DNA of 64,000 nucleotides from positions 86,149-150,148 of the forward strand of contig CAWBOC010000008.1 of the NCBI GenBank assembly GCA_963790305.1, written 5' to 3'. The notes beneath the pieces were generated by a model. The model made no database searches and was not told where the DNA came from. It saw only the letters and a program-made list of their open reading frames with translations. Within the stretch, counting starts at the first letter, position 1; each line of letters begins with the position of its first letter. Below are positions 22,627-32,115 of this stretch, piece by piece. The DNA is from an uncultured Gemmatimonadaceae bacterium. Its GTDB lineage: Bacteria > Gemmatimonadota > Gemmatimonadetes > Gemmatimonadales > Gemmatimonadaceae. Position numbers and translations under genes: made by a program.

Positions 22627-23427
22627 ATGACCGCACTCACGACCGCGATCAAAGTGGTGAAGTTCGAGCTGAGCGACCTGGCGCGAAGCCGCTGGCTGCT
22701 CGCCTACGTCATCAGTGTCGCGCTCGTCACCGACGCATTGCTCCGCTTCAACGGGGCCGACCAGCGCGCCGTCCTCGGTCTGGTCAACGTCGTGCTCCTG
22801 ATCGTCCCGCTCGTCGCCGTGACGTTCGGGACCATGCACCTGTACGCGCGACGGGACTTCATCGAGCTCCTCCTCGCCCAACCGCTCCGCCGGCCACACA
22901 TCTTCCTCGGCCTCTACCTCGGCCTAACGATTCCGGTGGGTCTGGGCATGGTCGTGGGCGTCGCGGTGCCCGCGGCGTGGCACGGGGCGTGGACGGCATT
23001 GCTCGCCGGAGCCCTCGTGACGCTCCTCGCGGTTGCGCTGGCGCTCACCGCGGTGTTCGTGGCGCTCGCGTTCTGCATTGCGGTCCGATGCGAGGACAAA
23101 GTGCGCGGGCTCGCCATTGCCATGGCGGTCTGGATGGCGTTCGCCGTGCTGTACGACGGAGCGGTGCTGCTGCTGGTGTCGATCTTCGCCGATGCGCCGC
23201 TCGAGCGTCCGGTCCTCGCCGCGATGCTCGCGAATCCGGTCGACCTCGCTCGCGTGCTGCTCCTGCTGCAACTCGACATCTCGGCGCTCATGGGCTACAC
23301 CGGCGCCGTTCTCAAGAACGCGTTCGGAAGCGTGCAGGGCGTGGTCCTCGCGACCGCCGCCCTGTCGCTATGGGTCGCCGTGCCACTCTGGCTCGGCGGC
23401 AGATCGTTCGTCCGGAAGGACTTCTAA
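22627..23427 (+). CDS. nosY: ABC permease NosY
   Basis: IELLLAQP, NPVDLAR, LDISALMGYTGA, ends RKDF. Confidence 0.92.
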   Translation: MTALTTAIKVVKFELSDLARSRWLLAYVISVALVTDALLRFNGADQRAVLGLVNVVLLIVPLVAVTFGTMHLYARRDFIELLLAQPLRRPHIFLGLYLGLTIPVGLGMVVGVAVPAAWHGAWTALLAGALVTLLAVALALTAVFVALAFCIAVRCEDKVRGLAIAMAVWMAFAVLYDGAVLLLVSIFADAPLERPVLAAMLANPVDLARVLLLLQLDISALMGYTGAVLKNAFGSVQGVVLATAALSLWVAVPLWLGGRSFVRKDF

Positions 23428-23452
23428 CTCACGAAATGGAGACTGTGATCGT

Positions 23453-23905
23453 ATGAAGAGGCAATGGTGGTACGCGCTCGCCGCGGCTGGAACGGTGATG
23501 GTGACGGCTTGCGGCGGGGACCGCGCTCCAGCCGATGAGCCGGCCACATCTCAACCGGCCGGGAGCGTGACGTCGGCCAGCGGCCCCGCGAGCCCCGATG
23601 CCGGTGGCAAGATCATCCTCGTCGAGATGGAGACCGACGCGGCCGGCGTGAACAAGTTCGAGCCGGCCAACTTCGAGGCCAAACGGGGCGACGTGATTCG
23701 GTTCACGCTGATCAGCGGCGTGCATAACGTGCATTTCCTGGCGGATTCCAATCCCGGAAAGGCGGGACTTCCCACCGCCGGCCCGTTGCTCCAGCTCCCG
23801 CACAGACGTACGACGTCAAGGTCACGATGGGAGCCCGGCTCGTACTACTACCAATGCGATCCGCACGCCCTGCTTGGCATGACGGGACGGGTAACGGTGA
23901 TGTAG
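23453..23905 (+). CDS. Plastocyanin/azurin-type cupredoxin lipoprotein
   Basis: VTAC lipobox; HNVHF and YQCDPHALLGM (His, Cys, His, Met type-1 Cu ligands); two compensating indels ~23800-23830. Confidence 0.88.
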   Translation: MKRQWWYALAAAGTVMVTACGGDRAPADEPATSQPAGSVTSASGPASPDAGGKIILVEMETDAAGVNKFEPANFEAKRGDVIRFTLISGVHNVHFLADSNPGKAGLPTAGPLLQLPHRRTTSRSRWEPGSYYYQCDPHALLGMTGRVTVM

Positions 23906-23909
23906 GGCA

Positions 23910-24013
23910 GAGGTCGTCGAGGGTGCTCAGGGTGCTCAGGGTGCTCAGGTCAAAGCGGTTTCCCCCTGAGCACCCTGAGCACCCTGAGCACCCTGAGCAC
24001 CCTCGACGACCTC
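23910..24013. repeat. Hairpin with 9-bp tandem arms (AGGGTGCTC)n / (GAGCACCCT)n between convergent genes
   Basis: GAGGTCGTCG-(AGGGTGCTC)x3 ... (GAGCACCCT)x4-CGACGACCTC. Confidence 0.92.
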
Positions 24014-25137
24014 ACTCCACCACCAGAAACCCGATCGCGCCTTTCTGTCCGTGCCCGAAGCCGTGATTGACGAACGGGAATTCTCCGGGGATGTCGCAGA
24101 CGAGCTCGAACACCATCCCCTCCACCGGCGGGCACGGCAAAGGTCTGCGCACCTCGGATAGGCACCTCCGGCGGAGCACCCAGATACACCCGATCGAATT
24201 GCTCACCGACGACATGGAAGGCGCACTGATGCGTCGGCCCCGCGCTGATCACGTACATCCGCACGCGATCGCCCACCTTCACGCGGATCGGCTCGGCCAC
24301 GTACTGTGACGGTCGACCATTGAACGCCACGTAGTCGGGCATCGTCGACTAGCATCTCTGACGTAGTCGAAAGCCTGAACTCCGCCGGCCGCGGGACTGA
24401 GGTAGTACTCCGACTGCACGAGCACGAATTCCTTCGCCGGCGAGAGAGGCGTCGGCGGATCGACGATGATCGCGCCATACATGCCGCTGCCGATGTGCAT
24501 CAGCACGGGCGCCGAGCCGCAGTGATACTTGAATGCGCCCGCGTATTTCGGCCGAAAGGTGAATGAGACGGATTCTCCGGGAACGACTGACCGAAACGCG
24601 GTCTTGGGATCGAGCTGCGCCGCGTGAAAGTCCATCGAGTGCGGGAGCTTTCCGCGATTCGTCAACGTGAACTCGACGGTGTCGCCAACGCGGCATTGCA
24701 CCGTCGGGCCAGGGATGTCACTCTCGAACGTCCATGCGGCGACAACGACCTCGGGCGTGATATGGATGGGAACCTCCGTCGCACTCCAGGCAAGGCGGTG
24801 CGTGCGGCTCGACGAGGGCGGAGGCAGCACGGGATCCCAGCGACGATATGCGATCGGTTGAACACCCGTGGCCGCGCCCTCGGCGGTGGACGTCGTGTGG
24901 CCGCGAACGTCGTGCGTATCGAGACGGCTGTTCGGGTTTTGCAGCGTGATGGTCGAGGGCTGTTGCGCGCCCGACGTGTCGGACCTCGTGCGATCCTCAC
25001 CCTTATCACTGCACCCCGCGAGCGCCCCTGCGAGCCGGAATCACCAGCCCCAGCTTCGACGCGCGCGCCAGAAACGCCCGGCGATCGGTCGATTCGGAGA
25101 CGACATCGGAGAGCAACGTCAGTGACTCGTTCGGCAT
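24012..25137 (-). CDS. nirK: Copper nitrite reductase NirK (Tat signal; several frameshifts)
   Basis: TDRRAFL twin-Arg; HSMDFH (catalytic Asp), YHCGSAPVLMHIGSGM, AFHVVG (catalytic His), FPFVNH. Confidence 0.82.
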
Positions 25138-25166
25138 GGGGCGCTCCTGAGTGGCGAGTGGCGGTG

Positions 25167-25181
25167 TGAGGGAAACCCCTA
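25167..25181. promoter_or_regulatory. Palindromic box between divergent nirK and 2dMCO genes
   Basis: TGAGGGAAACCCCTA with TG...CA flanks. Confidence 0.6.
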
Positions 25182-25297
25182 CAGCGATGTCACGCATCTG
25201 CCGCGCGGACGGCCCCCGTTACCCGACAGATGTGCGCGGATGCTCTCCATAGGTTGGGGCAGCAGGAAAACGCCACCGACCTCGAGAGAACAGCACC

Positions 25298-26395
25298 ATG
25301 TCGAATACAAAACCGACGATGACTTCCGACGCCGGCCGCACCCGCCGGGATTTTCTTCGCAAGAGCGTGATGACGGCCATCGCGGCGCCAGTGGCCGTGT
25401 CGGCACTGGCAAGCTGCAAAGACAGCGCCGCGCAACGCACCGCCACGGCGAGCGACAGCGACCATAGCGGTGGCGCCACGGCACCGCATCCGTCCACACC
25501 GGCCGCTGCGCCGGTCGATCCACGCGCGCGTGCCGATCAGATGGACGCAATGCACGAGAAGGGGATCAAGGCATTTCCCGCCAAGACCGAAGGCAAGGGG
25601 AATCAGCTTCTCACCCCCCGCGTCGTGAATGGCGTGAAGGTCTTCGACATCACCTGCAAGGTCGTGCAATGGGAAGTCGAGCCCGGAAAGAAGGTCGAGG
25701 CCTGGACATTCAACGGCGTCGTCCCAGGGCCACAGATTCGCGTCACCGAAGGCGACCGGATCCGGATGATCGTGAAGAACGAGCTGCCGGAGTCCACGGC
25801 CGTCCACTTTCACGGCGTGGAGATGCCTAACGCCATGGATGGCGTACCGTTCATCACCCAGCCGCCGATCAAGCCCGGTGAGACGTTCACCTACGAGTTC
25901 GTCGTTCCGAATGCCGGCTCGCACATGTACCACTCGCACCACAACGCCGCCAAACAGGTCGGCATGGGGATGCTCGGCGCCTTCATCGTCGCGCCGAAGC
26001 GGGCGCGCGCCATCGAAAAGGTGGACGTGGACTACGTGATGATTCTGAACGATGGCTTCCACGGATACACGCTCAACGGCAAAGGCTTTCCCGCCACGGA
26101 GCCGGTCGTGGCGAAGCTCGGCCAGAAGGTGCGTCTCCGCTTCATGAACGAGGGGATGATGATTCACCCCATGCACCTTCATGGGATGCACATGACCGTC
26201 ATCGACAAGGACGGCTGGGCGCAGCCTGCGCCGTGGAAGTGCGACACGCTCAACATCGCGCCGGGCGAGCGGTGGGACGTCATCGTCCACTGCAACAATC
26301 CCGGCACCTGGGCCTTCCACTGCCACATCCTCCCGCACGCGGAGTCGGAGCATGGGATGTTCGGGATGGTGACGGCGCTCGTGGTCCAGCCGTGA
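25298..26395 (+). CDS. Tat-exported two-domain multicopper oxidase (type-1 Cu in domain 2)
   Basis: TRRDFLRK and LASC; HFHG, YHSH, HPMHLHG, HCHILPHAESEHGMFGM. Confidence 0.92.
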   Translation: MSNTKPTMTSDAGRTRRDFLRKSVMTAIAAPVAVSALASCKDSAAQRTATASDSDHSGGATAPHPSTPAAAPVDPRARADQMDAMHEKGIKAFPAKTEGKGNQLLTPRVVNGVKVFDITCKVVQWEVEPGKKVEAWTFNGVVPGPQIRVTEGDRIRMIVKNELPESTAVHFHGVEMPNAMDGVPFITQPPIKPGETFTYEFVVPNAGSHMYHSHHNAAKQVGMGMLGAFIVAPKRARAIEKVDVDYVMILNDGFHGYTLNGKGFPATEPVVAKLGQKVRLRFMNEGMMIHPMHLHGMHMTVIDKDGWAQPAPWKCDTLNIAPGERWDVIVHCNNPGTWAFHCHILPHAESEHGMFGMVTALVVQP

Positions 26396-26400
26396 AGGCG

Positions 26401-27477
26401 ATGGGCATTCAGGGGATGACGCTGGTGCTGCCGGTGCGACGGACCACGAATGGGCGGCGCGCGGCGCACCTCCCACGGCCGGTCGTCGCGTTCCTGCGAG
26501 TTCCGCTCGTGCTCAAGCTGGTGGGAGCGAACCTCGTCATCGCGCTGGCGACGGTGGTCGCGGCAATGCTGGCGTACGGGACGACACTCGCCGACAGCCG
26601 GGTCGTAACGCTCCTCATCGGGGCTTTGATCATCGCCCAGGTGGTCAATGCCGCGCTCGTGATCATCGCGCTCCGCCCCCTGCATGCTCTCGAGGATGCG
26701 GCTGAGCGGATCGTGTCGGGCGATACCAGGGCCCGCGTTCCCTACTCGCCCCTCGCCGATCGCGACATCGTGCGAACGGGCCGAGCTTTGAACCAGCTGC
26801 TCGACGAGCTCATGCAGGAGCGCGATCGTATCCGCGGCATGGCCACGAAGGTCATCCGGGCGCAGGATGAGGAGCGCGCACGCATCGCTCGCGAGCTGCA
26901 CGACGCGACCGCCCAGACGATGGCCGCCGTGGTGCTACAGCTCAGCGTCGCCGAGAGCGCGTGTGATGACGAGGAGCTGGCGACGAAGCTGCACGAGACC
27001 CGCGACACGGCCACTGAGGCGCTCGAGGAGATTCGGACGCTGTCGCACACGATTTATCCGCGCGTGCTCGAGGACCTCGGCTTGCGCGCCGCGCTCGATT
27101 GGCTGGCGCGACGGACGCGGGAGACGAGCAGCCTCGAGGTGGGCGTCACGCTGCGCGGCGCTGGCAGCGTTCCCGCCACCATCGCATCGGCGCTCTATCG
27201 GGTCGCGCAGGAAGCGCTGCTCAATGCGGTGCGACACGCGTCGGCGACGACGGTCGAGCTTCGGCTCGATGTGGAGCCGGAATACGTTTCGCTGGAGATC
27301 GAGGACAATGGCAACGGGTTCGTCGTGCGTGATGGAGAGGCCCGGCGACCCGGGATGGGTATATTTTCCATGCGGGAGCGCGTGGCACTGGTCGATGGCG
27401 TGCTGGACATTGATAGCGCGCCCGGGCGAGGCTGCTGCGTGCGCGCGCATATTCCCCTGGACGAACAGAGGCTCTGA
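26401..27477 (+). CDS. Membrane HAMP + HisKA_3 sensor kinase (NarX/UhpB/NreB class); start may be 26416
   Basis: Two TM segments, HAMP, QDEERARIARELHD, QEALLNAVRHA, DNGNGF, GMGIFSMRER. Confidence 0.92.
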   Translation: MGIQGMTLVLPVRRTTNGRRAAHLPRPVVAFLRVPLVLKLVGANLVIALATVVAAMLAYGTTLADSRVVTLLIGALIIAQVVNAALVIIALRPLHALEDAAERIVSGDTRARVPYSPLADRDIVRTGRALNQLLDELMQERDRIRGMATKVIRAQDEERARIARELHDATAQTMAAVVLQLSVAESACDDEELATKLHETRDTATEALEEIRTLSHTIYPRVLEDLGLRAALDWLARRTRETSSLEVGVTLRGAGSVPATIASALYRVAQEALLNAVRHASATTVELRLDVEPEYVSLEIEDNGNGFVVRDGEARRPGMGIFSMRERVALVDGVLDIDSAPGRGCCVRAHIPLDEQRL

Positions 27478-28172
27478 TGACTGGTGACCTGATTCGCGTC
27501 GTGCTCGCCGATGACCACACGATCGTCCGCGCCGGGCTCAAGGCAGTGCTCGGCAGCGCCAAGGACATCTCCGTCATCGGAGAGGCATCGAACGGCGTCG
27601 AGGCGATCGCGCTCGCCGAGCGATTTCATCCCGACGTCATCGTGATGGACCTGTCGATGGGCGAGATGGATGGGATCCAGGCAACCAAGGCGCTGGCGGC
27701 CAAGGGCCCGACCCCGCGCGTGCTCATCCTCACGATGCACGCCGAGGAGGAGTATCTCGTTCCGCTCCTCGAGGCCGGTGCCGCAGGCTATCTGGTGAAG
27801 AGCGCCGCCGATCGCGAGCTCGTGGATGCGGTGCGTGCCGTCGCGCGTGGCGATCTGTACGTGCGTCCCGCCGCCGCCCGCGTCCTCGCCAGGGGAATCA
27901 AGAAAAAGGACGAGCACGCCGATGAGCGCACGCGCTTCGAGAAGCTGACCGACCGCGAGCGTGACGTCCTGCGCCTGATCGCCGAAGGCTACACGGCGCC
28001 GGAAATCGGCGAGAAGCTCAACATCAGCCCGAAGACAGTCGACACCTACAAGCAGCGCATCAACGAGAAGCTGGGCCTGACGCACCGCGCCGACTACGTG
28101 AAGTTCGCGCTCAAGCTCGGCATTCTGCACAGCGACGACGCGCCGACGCGGCCGGCGGGGCCGAGCCACTGA
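27477..28172 (+). CDS. NarL/FixJ-family (LuxR HTH) response regulator
   Basis: LADDH, MDLSM, ILTMH, GYLVK, LTDRERDVL, ISPKTVDTY. Confidence 0.96.
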   Translation: MTGDLIRVVLADDHTIVRAGLKAVLGSAKDISVIGEASNGVEAIALAERFHPDVIVMDLSMGEMDGIQATKALAAKGPTPRVLILTMHAEEEYLVPLLEAGAAGYLVKSAADRELVDAVRAVARGDLYVRPAAARVLARGIKKKDEHADERTRFEKLTDRERDVLRLIAEGYTAPEIGEKLNISPKTVDTYKQRINEKLGLTHRADYVKFALKLGILHSDDAPTRPAGPSH

Positions 28173-28178
28173 GGACGG

Positions 28179-28222
28179 CGAGGTAATCGAGGTCGTCGAG
28201 GCTGTCGACATCGATTACCTCG
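28179..28222. repeat. Small hairpin of the same TCGAGGTnn family as 17692
   Basis: CGAGGTAATCGA...TCGATTACCTCG between convergent genes. Confidence 0.7.
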
Positions 28223-29421
28223 ACGTACTCATCATCTGCGGCAGCCGAAGCGTGAACACGGCGCTCGGTTCCTTTACCCACGCCCTCGACCGTGATCTCC
28301 CCGCCCATGAGCCGCGCCAGCTGCCGCGCCACGGCGAGCTCGAAGCCAAACCCTCGACCGCGCGCATGCACCCCGACCGCGATCGGCGGATCGAACAACG
28401 ACTCGACATCCGAGGCCGCCACCGACGGCCCGGCGTCTCGCACGCGCAACTCGGCGGCGCCGTTAGGTGCGGACGTCAGCTCCGCGGACACTTGCGACCG
28501 CTCGGGGCTCATCGCGATCGCATGAGCCAGGAGGTTGAGCAGAAGCTGTCGCGTGCATGCGCCATCGAGCTCGACGAACAGCGGCCCCTCGGCGAGCACA
28601 TCGAGCGAGACGCCGCGCGCCCCTGACTCGGTCTGAAGATCGAGGGCCGACTTCCGCACGAGGTCGGCGAGATCCACGCGCTCGGCGTGAAGGACGATGC
28701 CCCCTTCCTGGATGCGGGTGAGCGTGACGAGATCTTCCACCAGGCGCGCCGACTGCGCGGCGCTCCCGGCGATGTGCGTCACCCCCGCGATCCACTCCGC
28801 CTGCGACGAGGGGGGCGTGTGCAGCAGCGTCCCCGCCCAGAGCCGCACGCCCGCCAGCGCGTTTCCCAGCGCGTGGCTCGCGGCAGAGGTGAGACGCTCA
28901 CTTCCCGCGCGCAATCGCGCCCGCTCGATGGCGACGGCTGCCTGCGTCGCCAGCACCTCCAGGAGCGCGAGGTCCTCCTCGCTGAACTCGTCGGCGCCGA
29001 TCTTCTCGGTCACATAGAGATTTCCAAACACGCGCCCCTGCGCCATGACCGGAACGCCCATGAATGAGCGCATGCGCGGGTGATTGGGCGGCACGCCCGC
29101 GGACGCGGGATGCTGGCTGAGATCGCGAAGCCGCAGGGGACGCGCATCGGTGATGAGAAGCCCAAGAATCCCCTTTCCCTTCGGAAGAGCGCCGATCCGC
29201 GCATGCAGCTCTTTGGGCATCCCCGACGTCAGGAAGTCGGAGAGCCCCGTTCCTTCGGCATTGATGACGCCGAGCGCCGCATAACGGGCGCCCACGATCT
29301 CGCGGGTAACGTCGACGAGGATCTGAAGCACCTGTCCGAGCGACAGCGCCGAGCCGAGCGCGAGGCCGGCCTCGATGAGCGCGCTTCGGAGGCGTGTGGG
29401 ATCCTGATCGGCGGAGGGCAC
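28215..29421 (-). CDS. DosS/DosT-like GAF domain + degenerate HisKA/HATPase; frameshift near 28265
   Basis: ARYAALGV, GKGILGLLI, HPASAGVPPNHPRMRSFMGVP, FGNLYVTEK; the C-terminal AVFTLRLP is in ORF 28215..28409. Confidence 0.85.
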
Positions 29422-29462
29422 GGCCGGGATTCTATGCGGTTGAGGACCGAACGGCGAGACGT

Positions 29463-31286
29463 CTAACGACTGGCACGCAGGGCATTGAGAATGACGGCGA
29501 CGTCGATCGCCTCCTGCAACAGCGCACCGATGGTGGGAGTAATCATTCCCAGCGCGGCAAAGACCATCGCGACAGCGCTGGCGCCGAGTCCCGCGATGAT
29601 GCTCTGCCGCGCGATGCGCATGGTGCGCTTGCTGATGCGGATCGCGCGGGCGACGTCGGCAATGTCGTCGCTGAGCAGCACGACATCGGCCGCTTCGGCT
29701 GTGACGCCCCCGTGGCGCGCCATGGCGATGCCGACGGTCGCGGCGGTGAGCGCGGGCGCGTCGTTCGTCCCATCACCGACCATCACGACCTGCGCCCCCG
29801 ACTCCTCGAGCTCGGTGACGGCGGCGACCTTGCCCTCCGGCAGGAGATCGCCGCGCGCCTCGGTGATCCCCACCGCATCAGCGACGGTGCGCGTGGTGAG
29901 ACTGTCGTCACCCGACAGGAGAATCACCCGCTGGATCCCGTCCCGCCGCAAATCAGCGATCGTCCTGGGAGCTCCGCTCCGAACGCGGTCGGCGAACTCG
30001 ATGACCCCGGCGTGCACACCGTCGATCGCGACATGCGCGGAGAGCATCCCCGTCGCCGGGGTCTTCCATCCGCTGCGCAACGCAGCGTAGCGATCCTCCA
30101 GGTACGCCCGTGAGCCGACGGCGACTTCCCGGCCACCCACCGTCCCGACGACGCCACGGCCAGGCGTCTCGATGATTCCCTGGACGTCGGAGATGGGAAG
30201 CCCTCGCGCACGAGCCGCCGCGACGACGGAGCGGGCGAGGAGATGCCCCGACCGCTCTTCGACCGCCGCTGCCAGCGCGAGCAGTGAGCTCGGATCGGTT
30301 CCGTTGACGGGCACCACCTCACTCACTTCGGGACGCCCGATCGTCAGCGTTCCGGTTTTGTCGAAGACGGCGGCGGTCGCATCAGCCAGCTGCTCGAGCG
30401 CGCCACCGTGCCTGACGATGATGCCCGAGCGCGCCGCGCGATTGATGCCCCCGATGATCGCGACCGGTGTCGCAATGATGAGCGGACACGGGGTCGCCAC
30501 GACGAGAACCGCGAGCACCCTCGTCGCATCCCGCGTCAGGAGGTACGTGACGATGCAGACGGCGATGGTAAGAGGCGTGAACCACACGGCGTAGCGATCG
30601 GCGAGCCGCTGGAGTGGCGCCTTGCTCGCCTGAGCGGTGCGTACCATCTCGACGATGCGGGCGTATTGGCTCTCTCCGGCACGCGCCGTCGCTCGGATGT
30701 GGATGGCCCCCTCCTGATTGAAGCTTCCGCTCAGGAGCTCGACCCCCGGGAGCGCGGACAGCGGCACCGGCTCGCCGGTGATCGTCGATGCATCTACGTG
30801 CGAGTGGCCATCGACCACGACGCCGTCGCACGGCACCGTTTCGCCCGGCCGCACGAGCAGCTCGTCGCCCACCGCGATCGCATCGACGGTCACGTCTTCG
30901 GTGTGGCCGTCGCGTACACGATGCGCGATGCGCGGCGCCGCATCCTCCAGCATCCGCAGCGCCCTTGATGCGCGTCCCTCGGCGTACCGCTCGAGTGCTT
31001 CCCCGCCCGTCTGCATGAGCACGACGACCAGTCCCGCGATCGGCTGCTGCAGCGCGACGGCGGTTGCGACGGCCAGGGCGGCGACGATGTCGGCCGCGAA
31101 CCGCCCGCGCAGCGCACCCACCGCGGTGCGGACGATGAGCGGGACGCCGGTCACCACGAGTCCGGCGAACAGGATCCGGTGCGCCGTTGCCGGATCGCCG
31201 AACAGCGCGATCGCGCCGCCGACGGCCAGGACGAGCAGCGTCAGCGTCGGAATCACGAGCCAGAGTCGGCGTGGAGTGTCGGGCAT
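29463..31286 (-). CDS. Heavy-metal P1B-type ATPase (P1B-5-like)
   Basis: TGEP, ATPCPL, DKTGTLT, GDGTND, LLQEAIDVAVILNALR. Confidence 0.93.
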   Translation of the reverse strand: MPDTPRRLWLVIPTLTLLVLAVGGAIALFGDPATAHRILFAGLVVTGVPLIVRTAVGALRGRFAADIVAALAVATAVALQQPIAGLVVVLMQTGGEALERYAEGRASRALRMLEDAAPRIAHRVRDGHTEDVTVDAIAVGDELLVRPGETVPCDGVVVDGHSHVDASTITGEPVPLSALPGVELLSGSFNQEGAIHIRATARAGESQYARIVEMVRTAQASKAPLQRLADRYAVWFTPLTIAVCIVTYLLTRDATRVLAVLVVATPCPLIIATPVAIIGGINRAARSGIIVRHGGALEQLADATAAVFDKTGTLTIGRPEVSEVVPVNGTDPSSLLALAAAVEERSGHLLARSVVAAARARGLPISDVQGIIETPGRGVVGTVGGREVAVGSRAYLEDRYAALRSGWKTPATGMLSAHVAIDGVHAGVIEFADRVRSGAPRTIADLRRDGIQRVILLSGDDSLTTRTVADAVGITEARGDLLPEGKVAAVTELEESGAQVVMVGDGTNDAPALTAATVGIAMARHGGVTAEAADVVLLSDDIADVARAIRISKRTMRIARQSIIAGLGASAVAMVFAALGMITPTIGALLQEAIDVAVILNALRASR

Positions 31287-31343
31287 GCAATAACATCCCA
31301 CTCGTGGTGCGCGACGACCAGTCGGCGCGCCTACGCTATCATA

Positions 31344-31358
31344 TCAGGGATTCCCTGA
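31344..31358. promoter_or_regulatory. Palindromic box with perfect arms between divergent genes
   Basis: TCAGGGATTCCCTGA. Confidence 0.7.
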
Positions 31359-31444
31359 CAAAAACTGCCGACCGTTCCGGTAGCACGGGCAAGGGCTCCG
31401 AGTACATGATGACAGCAGGCTCCTAACGCGATGAGGAGGACGTA

Positions 31445-31954
31445 ATGATGAACCCGCCCGAGACCGCCCCTGGTTCGGAGATCGAGGTGCCGCTGAGCCC
31501 CACCAGATCCTCACGCGCGAGGCCGCCGCGCACGGTGGCGCTGTCGCGTGCACAGTGCATGAAGCTGCTGGCGCGAAATCATGTCGGACGGCTCGCGTAC
31601 ACCTTTCGGGATGCGGTCGACATCGTGCCGCTCCACTATGCCTACGAGGATGAGTGGATCTACGTCCGCACCTCGGGCCCGAAGCTCGCCAAGCTGCGGC
31701 ATCACCGCTGGGTAGCATTCGAGGTGGACGAGATCTTCGCCATGTACGACTGGAGCAGCGTCGTAGTGCATGGGGCCGTATATCTGCTCGATCGTTCCAG
31801 CGTCGTCACCGAGACGTGGGAGACCGCGGTACGAGTTCTTCAACGCCACTTCCCCGACGCGTTCACCGATCGGGATCCGGTTCCGTTCCGGACGGCGGTC
31901 TTTCGCATTCACGTGGACTCGGTGAGTGGGCGGAGGACGACGCCGGTGCGGTAG
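31445..31954 (+). CDS. Pyridoxamine 5'-phosphate oxidase-like flavin-binding protein
   Basis: [42 protein letters not shown]. Confidence 0.9.
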   Translation: MMNPPETAPGSEIEVPLSPTRSSRARPPRTVALSRAQCMKLLARNHVGRLAYTFRDAVDIVPLHYAYEDEWIYVRTSGPKLAKLRHHRWVAFEVDEIFAMYDWSSVVVHGAVYLLDRSSVVTETWETAVRVLQRHFPDAFTDRDPVPFRTAVFRIHVDSVSGRRTTPVR

Positions 31955-31960
31955 GAGGTA

Positions 31961-32111
31961 GGGGTCAGGAGTCAGGAGTCAGGGGTCAGGGGTGGTAATG
32001 CAAACGGCAGCGCGTAAGCGCTGCCGTTTGCTCATCTGATGAGGGGCCGCTCGCGCGAAGCGCGGCGGCCCCCTTTCCATCCCTGACCCCTGACTCCTGA
32101 CTCCTGACCCC
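31961..32111. repeat. Heptamer-armed MITE/REP-like element, copy 1 (arms only; different core with two hairpins)
   Basis: GGGGTCAGGAGTCAGGAGTCAGGGGTCAGGGG ... CCCTGACCCCTGACTCCTGACTCCTGACCCC. Confidence 0.9.
32000..32077. terminator. Two stem-loops, probable terminators for convergent genes
   Basis: GCAAACGGCAGCGC-GTAA-GCGCTGCCGTTTGC and GGGGCCGC...GCGGCCCC followed by CTTT. Confidence 0.55.
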
Positions 32112-32115
32112 AAGT

